From Candidatus Eiseniibacteriota bacterium (GTDB lineage: Bacteria; Eisenbacteria; RBG-16-71-46; CAZAMP01), in assembly GCA_965224245.1 (NCBI GenBank), contig OZ245046.1, forward strand, positions 4,320,001 to 4,384,000: a DNA stretch of 64,000 nt. The letters run 5' to 3'. Each line of letters opens with the position of its first letter. Positions within the stretch are counted from its first letter, which is position 1. Both the position numbers and the translations under genes were made by a program. The notes below the pieces were generated by a model. It saw only the letters and a program-made list of their open reading frames with translations. It did no database searches and was not told the origin of the DNA. Positions 18,355 through 26,570 of the stretch are shown one piece after another.

Positions 18355-18987
18355 CTATGCCTCCTCATGCTCGACGGCGCCCGGCACCGGGTCGACGACG
18401 AGGACGTCGTGCTCGGCGACGTTCGTGACGAACACGCGCGACCCGGTGGGGAGCGTCTTCGAGGACTCGCTCATCGCGTCGAACACGCGAAAGCGATCCG
18501 CCACCGTCAGCTGGACCTTGCCGGTTCCCCCTCTGGGGATGGCCAGATACACCTCGGCCTCCTGGCCGAGCGCCGCGTGCACGTCGATGTTTCCGCTGGA
18601 CTGAAGCCCCAGCATGACGCGGAACACCTTCGAGATCGTCCACATCGTCATCGCGCCGGCGGCGCACCCGGCCGCGATCGCCACGAGGGTCGGCAACGGG
18701 GTCGCCCGTTCGACGGCGAATCCCACGAGGCCGAACATCGTGGCGAACGCGCTCAGTCCCTGCAGCGACAGCGCGCGGAAGTCGGCGTCGGCGTCGGCGT
18801 TGGAGCTCAGGTCGGGATCGAGGTCGGTGTCGAAGGTGGCGTCGAAGCCGCTATCGGCGTCGGTGTCGACGTCGGTGTCGGCGCCGAGGAACTGCAGCAG
18901 GAAGTAGACCGCGAGCACGATGCCGCCGATGATCGCCGATCCCAGGAACACCTGCTCGATCGGGGCGAGAGCACTGAACCAGGTCAT
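18355..18987 (-). CDS. NfeD-like (C-terminal OB-fold) membrane partner of flotillin
   Basis: Three TMs, acidic D/T linker, 'AEVYLAIP..GTGKVQ...LPTGSRVFV'; AAGGAGG RBS; abuts flotillin. Confidence 0.85.
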   Translation of the reverse strand: MTWFSALAPIEQVFLGSAIIGGIVLAVYFLLQFLGADTDVDTDADSGFDATFDTDLDPDLSSNADADADFRALSLQGLSAFATMFGLVGFAVERATPLPTLVAIAAGCAAGAMTMWTISKVFRVMLGLQSSGNIDVHAALGQEAEVYLAIPRGGTGKVQLTVADRFRVFDAMSESSKTLPTGSRVFVTNVAEHDVLVVDPVPGAVEHEEA

Positions 18988-19205
18988 GGCGACCTCCTTC
19001 GCGTGCGTGGGCGCACCTGATCGCGTCCGTTCGCATTGTCGTCGCTGCCAATACTCACTACAAGCAATGCGACCGGAATATTCGAACAGACGGGGCGACG
19101 GCTTCGCCGGTTGCGAAACCGGATCGATGGCGTCCCACACTGGCACCGGGACCGTCGACGTGCGACGCTTCGCTGCAACGAATCCTTTCGCGTGGGGGAC
19201 GGAGT

Positions 19206-19898
19206 GTGACGCTCGGCTCGTATGTGGGACTCGGCGTTGGACTTGGAATCGCGGCCGGCGTGAGCCCGGGACCGCTGCTGACGCTCGTGGTGAGCGCGTC
19301 GCTTGCCCGCGGCCTGCCCGCCGGGGCTCGGATCGCGGTCGCGCCCCTCCTCACCGACGTCCCGATCGTGCTCGTCTGCCTGACCGTGCTCGACCGGTTG
19401 CCCGCCCGCACCCTCGCCGTGATCTCCATCCTGGGCGCGGTCTACGTGTTGATCCTCGGTATCATGACGCTCGTGAGCGCGCGAACGGCCTCACTCGGCG
19501 CGGAGGTCACGCCCGTGAGCGAGGGTCGCGCCGGCGACGTGTGGCGGGGCGTCCTGGCCAACCTCCTGAACCCGCATCCGTGGATCGCCTGGATCTCGGT
19601 CATGGGACCGGTCGTGGTGCGAGGGTTCGACCAGGCCCCGATCAACGCCATCGTGTTCGTCGGGCTCTTCTACGTCCTCCTCGTCGGATCCAAGCTCGCA
19701 ATCGCCGCGCTCGTGGCGCGTGGACGACACCTGATGTCGGAACGGGTTCATCGTCGTGTGCTGGCGGCGACCGGGCTCGTGCTCATCGTCCTGTCCGGGC
19801 TCCTCGCGCGAGACGCTTTCCACCTCTGGTCCGCGCCGGTCGGGCTCTATACTCACCCGACGTCATCGAGAGTCGTGGTCGGCGAGGGGATCTCGTGA
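19206..19898 (+). CDS. LysE family translocator
   Basis: 'SPGPL', 'GVLANLLNPH', multiple TMs. Confidence 0.85.
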   Translation: MTLGSYVGLGVGLGIAAGVSPGPLLTLVVSASLARGLPAGARIAVAPLLTDVPIVLVCLTVLDRLPARTLAVISILGAVYVLILGIMTLVSARTASLGAEVTPVSEGRAGDVWRGVLANLLNPHPWIAWISVMGPVVVRGFDQAPINAIVFVGLFYVLLVGSKLAIAALVARGRHLMSERVHRRVLAATGLVLIVLSGLLARDAFHLWSAPVGLYTHPTSSRVVVGEGIS

Positions 19899-20037
19899 GA
19901 CGGCGCATCCCGCGCGCCTCGCGGCCGCACGTCGCCGGCCGCGGGTGCGCGAGAAGGACCGATCGCGTCCCGAGCGCCGGGGTCGGCACCGAGAAGCTCG
20001 CGCAAGGCAACCACTCCGGCCGGTCGACGAGGACGAC

Positions 20038-22299
20038 ATGACGCTGATGTCCCGGTACACGCACTGGCTTCACACCCGCTGGCCGGCGGGAACGGTGGAG
20101 AAGCTCCCCGACGTCGGCGACGACGGACGGACGAGTATCCCCGGTGTCCGGATCGTCGGTGATCTCACCGGCATTCCGCTCCTGAAGTTCTCGGTTCACA
20201 CCGGGGCACGCGCGGTGAAGGCGATCATGGCCGAGTCGGACTTCCGCCCGTCGAGGGATCCGTCCGATCCGATCGTCGACCTGGCCATCATCGGCGCCGG
20301 CGTCTCGGGCATGTCGGCGGCGCTGGAGGCACGCAAGCACGGGCTGGCCACGATCGTCTACGAGGCCGTCGAGCCGTTCACGACAATCGCGAACTTCCCG
20401 AAGGCCAAGCCCATCTTCACGTATCCCACCGAGATGGTGCCCGAGGGCGATCTGACGGTCACCGCGGACGTCAAGGAGGCTCTCCTCGAGGAGCTGGACG
20501 AGCAGCGCGCGAAGGCGGGCATCGAGCCCGTGCATGCGCGTGTACAGATCCTCTCGGCGAACGGCCAGCATCTCGAGCTGAAGCTCGCCGACGGACACCT
20601 CCGCAAGGCGCGCCGGGTGATCGTCGCGATCGGGCGCACCGGTAACTACCGGAAGCTCGGCGTGCCCGGTGAGAAGCTGGACAAGGTCTACAACCGCCTC
20701 TACGACCCGATGGAGTTCGCCGAACGCGACGTGCTCGTGGTGGGCGGCGGCGACTCGGCTCTGGAGGCCGCGATCGCGCTGGTGTGCACGGGCGCCAACG
20801 TGACGCTCAGCTATCGAAAGCCCGAGTTCTCGCGACCCAAGCCCGCGAACCTCGAGAAGATCCGCGCGCTCCAGAGCGACCCCGCGAGCGACGTCGGCGT
20901 CGAGAGCCCGGCCTCGGAGCGAGTCACCACGGCGGCCTTCTCGTCGATGCGCGGATCGGGCGCGCCGGGCTCGTTGCGACTGGAGATGGCGTCCGAGGTC
21001 GAGAGCATCTCCGAGGACGCGGTCGAGCTCCGCACGTCCGACGGTACCTCGGAGCGGATCCCGAACGACGTCGTGTTCGCGATGATCGGTCGCGAGGCGC
21101 CGCTCGACTTCTTCCGCAGGGCCGGAATCCGTCTGCGCGGCGAGCTCACGCCGGCGGACTGGCTGAAGCTCGGTGGGTTCTTCGCGCTGATGCTGGTCCT
21201 GTACCTGTGGAAGTCCTGGTGGATCGGCGCCACAGACCTCTTCCGCGTGGTGCCCTCGTTCGGCGACCCCGTGTTGCGCGAGGTGATCGGCCGCGCCAGC
21301 GCCGATCCCTCCGCGTGGTTCACCCTGGCGTACTCGGTCGTCATCGTCGTGTTCGGGATCGCGCGGATCCGGCGGCGGCGCACGCCGTACGTCACGCTGC
21401 AGACGGTGACGCTGATGGCGATCCAGGTCGTCCCGCTCTTCCTGTTGCCGGTGCTGGTGCTGCCCTACCTGCACGGGATCGGCGCGCTCCCGGCGTGGAT
21501 CACCGACACGTTCTTCCCGGGCGAGTCCTGGTGGCGGGCCTACGGGCTGATCCTGGCCTGGCCGCTCTTCCTGTGGAACCTGGCCACGCCCGAGCCCGTC
21601 TGGGGCTGGCTCGTGCTCGGGCTCGCGCAGACGTTCGTGCTGATCCCGATCCTGGTCCACCGCTGGGGCAAGGGCGCGTACTGCGGATGGATCTGCAGCT
21701 GCGGCGCGATGGCCGAGACCCTGGGTGACACGCACCGACACAAGATGTGGCACGGCCCGCTCGCCAACCGGTGGAACATGACCGGTCAAGTGATTCTGGT
21801 CGTGGCCACGCTGGTCACCGTCCTGTTCGTCCTGACCTGGAGTCCGTCGTTGCACGGGCCCCTCGCCGGTCTCACGAAGGGCGCGGGTACGTTCTACAAG
21901 GCGGTCGTGGACGTGTTTCTGGCCGGCGCGTTCGGCCTCGGCGTCTACTTCTGGTTCTCGGGGCGCGTGTGGTGCCGGTTCGCGTGCCCGCTGGCGGCGC
22001 TGATGCACGTGTACGCGCGCTTCTCGCGTTTCCGGATCTTCTCGGACAAGAAGAAGTGCATCTCCTGCAACGTCTGCACGTCGGTGTGTCATCAGGGCAT
22101 CGACGTCATGAACGTCGCCAACAAGGGGCTTCCGATGGAGGACCCCCAGTGCGTGCGGTGCTCGGCCTGCGTACAGAGCTGTCCCACCGGCGTGCTGAGC
22201 TTCGGGCGCATCGGGTCGGACGGGCGACCGGTGCTGGATCGGCTCGCGGCCTCTCCGGTTCGCATGGCCGAGCGATCCCCCGCCGACGACGCGAGCTGA
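20038..22299 (+). CDS. FAD/NAD(P)H oxidoreductase (TrxR-like) fused to a NapH/FixG-like membrane domain and 2x[4Fe-4S] ferredoxin
   Basis: GAGVSG (FAD), GGGDSA (NAD(P)H); TMs with 'YCGWICSCG' and 'WCRFACP'; 'CISCNVCTSVC' and 'CVRCSACVQSCP'. Confidence 0.88.
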   Translation: MTLMSRYTHWLHTRWPAGTVEKLPDVGDDGRTSIPGVRIVGDLTGIPLLKFSVHTGARAVKAIMAESDFRPSRDPSDPIVDLAIIGAGVSGMSAALEARKHGLATIVYEAVEPFTTIANFPKAKPIFTYPTEMVPEGDLTVTADVKEALLEELDEQRAKAGIEPVHARVQILSANGQHLELKLADGHLRKARRVIVAIGRTGNYRKLGVPGEKLDKVYNRLYDPMEFAERDVLVVGGGDSALEAAIALVCTGANVTLSYRKPEFSRPKPANLEKIRALQSDPASDVGVESPASERVTTAAFSSMRGSGAPGSLRLEMASEVESISEDAVELRTSDGTSERIPNDVVFAMIGREAPLDFFRRAGIRLRGELTPADWLKLGGFFALMLVLYLWKSWWIGATDLFRVVPSFGDPVLREVIGRASADPSAWFTLAYSVVIVVFGIARIRRRRTPYVTLQTVTLMAIQVVPLFLLPVLVLPYLHGIGALPAWITDTFFPGESWWRAYGLILAWPLFLWNLATPEPVWGWLVLGLAQTFVLIPILVHRWGKGAYCGWICSCGAMAETLGDTHRHKMWHGPLANRWNMTGQVILVVATLVTVLFVLTWSPSLHGPLAGLTKGAGTFYKAVVDVFLAGAFGLGVYFWFSGRVWCRFACPLAALMHVYARFSRFRIFSDKKKCISCNVCTSVCHQGIDVMNVANKGLPMEDPQCVRCSACVQSCPTGVLSFGRIGSDGRPVLDRLAASPVRMAERSPADDAS

Positions 22300-22443
22300 C
22301 GGCCGGGGCGATCGCCGCGGAGACGTCTCGACGAGACGGTCGAACTCGCGCCCCATCGACGCGGAGACCGGCGCTCCCTCGAGTACACCCAATCGACTAC
22401 TGGACATAGACTTGGAGGATGGACGGAGTCGCGTGATCACGCA

Positions 22444-22459
22444 TGGCGCGCCCCTTGCA
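22444..22459 (+). promoter_or_regulatory. Candidate sigma54 (-24/-12) promoter
   Basis: TGGCGCGCCCCTTGCA (GG-N10-GC), about 80 bp upstream of ATG 22537. Confidence 0.6.
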
Positions 22460-22536
22460 AAACCGGTTGAGTCGTCTCGCCCGATGCCGCGTCGTCAACA
22501 GGACGCGCCCGGACTCTCATCGGGAGGTTTGTTCCA

Positions 22537-22860
22537 ATGTGTAAACGTGTTCTGCGTGGAGCGGTCGCATCGATTGGCATCATGCTCGTCACGCTCACGG
22601 CCGCGCCCGGCGCGACGGCCTGCGATCTGAACTGCCCGGCCGGCGACGGCGGTCCGACCGGCGCGGGTGCCGGTGACAAGAGCCCGGATCTCAACCAGGA
22701 CGGTGCGGTGAACCTGTCCGACATCGTGCTCTTTCAGCAGATGTTCCTGACCACGTCCTACTGCGCGGACTTCGACTGCGACGGGATCGTCACGCTGACC
22801 GACTACGTGATGTTCGCGCTTCACTACGGTCACAGTGGCGTGCCCGGCCAGTGCATCTAG
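22537..22860 (+). CDS. Small secreted Cys-rich protein with a dockerin/EF-hand-like duplicated Ca-binding motif
   Basis: Signal peptide; 'DLNQDGAVNLSD' and 'DFDCDGIVTLTD'; GGAGG RBS. Confidence 0.75.
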   Translation: MCKRVLRGAVASIGIMLVTLTAAPGATACDLNCPAGDGGPTGAGAGDKSPDLNQDGAVNLSDIVLFQQMFLTTSYCADFDCDGIVTLTDYVMFALHYGHSGVPGQCI

Positions 22861-23007
22861 CCGGCACCCACCCGAACCGGGGGGCGCTGGAGCATCGGCT
22901 CCGGTGCCCTCCAGCGACTCCATGACGCTCGCGCGATTCCCGGCTCTCGTGTCAGAATGCGGGCTCCGCGTCCGGAGGCCAGCACGAGGATCGGAGGACC
23001 GCCGCGG

Positions 23008-23571
23008 ATGTCGAAGCCGACCGACGTCACGACCCTGTTGATCTCGATCCGAGAGGGTGCACCGCGGGCCCTCGAGGAGCTCTTCGATCTGGTCTATCCC
23101 GAGCTTCGACGCGTGGCCCATCGCGAGCGGGCACGAGGTCCCGGGGCGACGATGAACACGACCGCCGTGGTCCACGAGGCCTACCTGAAGCTGGTCGGGG
23201 CGGCCCATCTGGAGATCCGCGACCGCGCCCACTTCTTCGCGGTGGCGGCCACCGCGATGCGGCAGCTCCTGGTGGATCAAGCCCGCCGGAAGCTCGCACA
23301 GAAGCGAGGCGGCGGCGCGCCGGTGCTCGAACTCGATTCGCGGGCCCTGTCGGTCGACGATCCGGGAGCGGTCATGATCGACCTCGACCGTGCCCTGGAT
23401 CGGCTCCGGGAGCTGAACGAACGGCTCGTCGACGTCGTGAGCCTGCGCTTCTTCGCCGGTCTCGAGGAGCGCGAGGTAGGCGAGCTCCTGGGGGTGAACG
23501 AACGCACGGTTCGTCGCGACTGGCGAAAGGCCCGGGCTTTCCTGTACCACGAGCTCTACGGGTCGGGATGA
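23008..23571 (+). CDS. ECF sigma factor of the Ser/Thr-kinase-associated type (ECF43/EcfK-like)
   Basis: 'VTTLL', 'VYPELRRVA', 'TTAVVHEAYLKL', 'HFFAVAATAMRQLLVD.AR', 'LRFFAGL', 'TVRRDWRKARAFL'. Confidence 0.9.
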   Translation: MSKPTDVTTLLISIREGAPRALEELFDLVYPELRRVAHRERARGPGATMNTTAVVHEAYLKLVGAAHLEIRDRAHFFAVAATAMRQLLVDQARRKLAQKRGGGAPVLELDSRALSVDDPGAVMIDLDRALDRLRELNERLVDVVSLRFFAGLEEREVGELLGVNERTVRRDWRKARAFLYHELYGSG

Positions 23572-23593
23572 CTACCCGGACGGAGCGCCCCAC

Positions 23594-26545
23594 ATGACGA
23601 CGCGCGAGCGCTGGGCCGAGATCGAACGCCACCTGGACGAGCTGATCGGGAGCGACCCGCCGGCGCGCGCGGCCGCGCTCGCGAGGCTCGAGGCCGAGGA
23701 TCCCGAGCTCTGCGCCGCGGTCTCCGCGCTCCTCGATGCCGACGATCGGGCCACCGGCGTTCTCGACGAGCCGGTGTCCGCCCTGGCCGACGTCGGCGGG
23801 TCCGACGACGACGAGGAGCTCGCCGAGCCGTCACGGGCTGGAACGGTCGTCGACGCCTACCGGATCGCCGATCAGATCGGGAGCGGCGGCATGGGCGAGG
23901 TCTACCTCGCCGAGCGCGCCGACGGCCAGTTCGAGCAGACGGTCGCGCTGAAGATGATCCGGCGTGGCATGGGCAGTCGTGACAATCGCCGCCGCTTCGT
24001 CCAGGAGCGGCAGATCCTGGCCAGGCTCGTCCATCCGGCGATCACGCGCCTGCTCGACGGTGGCGTGACCGAGCACGGCCAGCCCTATCTGGTGATGGAG
24101 CTCGTGGAGGGTCGCCCGCTGACGCTCTACGCCGAGGAGCACGGCCTGGACGTCCCCGCCCGGCTGGCGCTCTTCGACAAGGTCACCGACGCGGTCGGCT
24201 ACGCGCACCGTCACCTCGTCGTGCACCGCGACCTGAAGCCGTCCAACGTGATGGTGACCGACTCCGGTGACGTCAAGCTCCTCGACTTCGGGATCGCGAA
24301 GCTCGTGGAGGAGGACGACGCCGAGGGGCTCACCCGCGTCGGCACGTTCGTCCTGACCCCCGAGTACGCAGCACCCGAACAGGTGCGCGACGAGCCGATC
24401 ACGACCGCCACCGACGTCTACGCGCTCGGAGTCCTCCTGTACGAGCTCCTGTCCGGAACCCGACCTCACCGCCTCACCGGCACGTCTCGGGCCGAGCTGG
24501 AGAGCGCCATCGTGCAGGCCGAGCCCGAGCCTCTTCCCCCGCACGTGGATCGCGACCTCGCGATGATCGTGTCGCACGCGCTGGCCAAGGAGCCCGAGCG
24601 TCGCTACCCGACGGCCGACGCGCTCCGCGACGACCTCGTCCGCTACCGGGATGGACTCCCGATCACGGCCCGCGCGCCGTCGTTCCGCTACCGCGCGGGC
24701 AAGTTCGTTCGCCGGAACCGGGTGGCGGTCGGGGCGGCGGCGATCGTGTTCGTGGCGATTCTGGCCGGCATGGCGGGCACGATCTGGCAGGCCCAGGCGG
24801 CCCGGCGTGAGGCCGCCCGGGCCACGCTCGTGAAGGATCTTCTCGTGGACGTGTTTCGCGGCGCCGATCCCGACGTCGCAGCCGGCGAGACGATGACGGC
24901 CACCGACGTCCTGCAGCGCGGAATCGAGCGTATCGATGCCCAGCTGGAAGGTGATCCGGTCGTTCGCTCCGAGATGCTGCACACGGTGGGTGTGCTGTTG
25001 ACCGACCTCGGGGACCATCGGGCGGCGTACGATGTCTTGCTGCGGTCGCTGACCCTCCGGCAGCGCCACGGTTTCCCGGATGGACACGGCGAGTGGGAGA
25101 GCCTGGACGCGCTCGCCACCGCCGCGCTGCATCTCGAGCGGTACGACGAGGCCGATTCGCTCTTCCGGACCGCCATCGAGGCCCTGCCGGACGGCGACGA
25201 GGACGTGCGCCGCCCCCGCGCTCTCAACAACCTGGCGGTTCTCCTGGCCCGCACCGGTGACTACGACGCCGCCGAATCGCTCCATCGCGAGTCGATCGCG
25301 CTCGACCAGGCGCGGTACGGTCCGGTAAACGCCGAGGTGGCGACCGACTACTCGAACCTGGCCACGCTGCTCTACGAGACCGGACGTGAGGCCGAATCCG
25401 ATTCGCTCCATCAGGTGGTCCTCGACATGCGCCGGTCGATCTTTGCCGGTGACCACACGAGCCTGGCCGCGAGCCTTCACAACCTGGCCGAGTTGAAGCG
25501 CGCCCTCGGGGACATGGAGGCCGCCGAGTCGATCATCGACGAGACGATCGCGATGAAGCGCCGGCTCTACGAGGGCGATCACCCCAGCCTCGCCAGCAGC
25601 CTGAACGTGCGCGGCAAGATCCTGTACGCGGCGGGCCGCCGGGACGACGCGGAGGAGCAGCTCCGAGAGGTCATCGACATGAACGAGCGCCTCGGGCTCG
25701 GGCACAGCGAGCAGGTCGCGAACGCGTACAACGACCTCGGCATCATCGCCTACCTGCGCGGCGATCTGGCACTCGCGCGTGACCGGTTCGAGCCGGCGAT
25801 GGACCTCTTCGAGGAGATCCTGGGACCCGATCACGCGACGGTGGCCACGATCATGGGCAACGTGGCCACGCTGGAACGCCTGCTGGGCCGCCTCGACTCG
25901 GCCGAGAGGCGCTACCGCGAGGTGCTGGATCTGCACCTCGCGCGCTACGGCGAGGACCATCCCCAGATCGTCATCGACCTGAACAACCTGGGAGTGACCC
26001 TCCGCGCCAGGGGCGACCCGATCGCCGCCACGGAGCTTCATCGACGAGCGCTCGAGGTCGCACGACGAGTCCGGGGTGGAGACGCGTTCTCGGACGTGGC
26101 CTCGTCCCGCGCGTCCCTGGCCTCCGCGCTGATGGAGACGGGAGATCTCGTGGAGGCGGAAGCGCTCTTCCGTGGCGCGATCGCGTTCTACGAGGCCGAG
26201 CTTCCCGAAGGAGACAACCGGACCGTCGGGGCGTGGACCGGCCTCGGTCGCGTGCTCACGCTCGCGGGGCGCGCCACGGAGGCACACGACGTTCTCGAGC
26301 GCGCCCTCTCGGTGTGTCGCGAGCACGAGGGCGAGCGGAGCACGCGGACCGCGCGGGTCATGGTCGGACTCGGGCGCTGTCTGTCGGCGCTCGGTCGGGA
26401 CCGCGACGCGATCGAGATGCTGACCGACGCCAGGAACATCCTGGGGGCCGAGCTGGGCGACGCGCACTACGACGTGCGCGAGGCGGACGTGGCGCTGTCC
26501 GATGCCCGGGACCGCGCCGGACGGATCGCCACCCCCACCGACTGA
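23594..26545 (+). CDS. Hanks-type Ser/Thr kinase with TM and extracytoplasmic TPR repeats
   Basis: GSGGMG, VALK, HRDLKPSN, DFG, YAAPE; TM 'AAIVFVAILAGMAGTIW'; 'LNNLA' TPR repeats. Confidence 0.93.
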   Translation: MTTRERWAEIERHLDELIGSDPPARAAALARLEAEDPELCAAVSALLDADDRATGVLDEPVSALADVGGSDDDEELAEPSRAGTVVDAYRIADQIGSGGMGEVYLAERADGQFEQTVALKMIRRGMGSRDNRRRFVQERQILARLVHPAITRLLDGGVTEHGQPYLVMELVEGRPLTLYAEEHGLDVPARLALFDKVTDAVGYAHRHLVVHRDLKPSNVMVTDSGDVKLLDFGIAKLVEEDDAEGLTRVGTFVLTPEYAAPEQVRDEPITTATDVYALGVLLYELLSGTRPHRLTGTSRAELESAIVQAEPEPLPPHVDRDLAMIVSHALAKEPERRYPTADALRDDLVRYRDGLPITARAPSFRYRAGKFVRRNRVAVGAAAIVFVAILAGMAGTIWQAQAARREAARATLVKDLLVDVFRGADPDVAAGETMTATDVLQRGIERIDAQLEGDPVVRSEMLHTVGVLLTDLGDHRAAYDVLLRSLTLRQRHGFPDGHGEWESLDALATAALHLERYDEADSLFRTAIEALPDGDEDVRRPRALNNLAVLLARTGDYDAAESLHRESIALDQARYGPVNAEVATDYSNLATLLYETGREAESDSLHQVVLDMRRSIFAGDHTSLAASLHNLAELKRALGDMEAAESIIDETIAMKRRLYEGDHPSLASSLNVRGKILYAAGRRDDAEEQLREVIDMNERLGLGHSEQVANAYNDLGIIAYLRGDLALARDRFEPAMDLFEEILGPDHATVATIMGNVATLERLLGRLDSAERRYREVLDLHLARYGEDHPQIVIDLNNLGVTLRARGDPIAATELHRRALEVARRVRGGDAFSDVASSRASLASALMETGDLVEAEALFRGAIAFYEAELPEGDNRTVGAWTGLGRVLTLAGRATEAHDVLERALSVCREHEGERSTRTARVMVGLGRCLSALGRDRDAIEMLTDARNILGAELGDAHYDVREADVALSDARDRAGRIATPTD

Positions 26546-26570
26546 CCGTGCGCCGGGCCAGCGCCCCGCG

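Noticed and set aside
19031-19125. Inverted repeat TCGCATTG...CAATGCGA and GNRA-capped hairpin CCGGTT-GCGA-AACCGG as a riboswitch
   Set aside because: Lacks conserved c-di-GMP-I or other riboswitch signatures I can recognise; would need an Rfam/Infernal search
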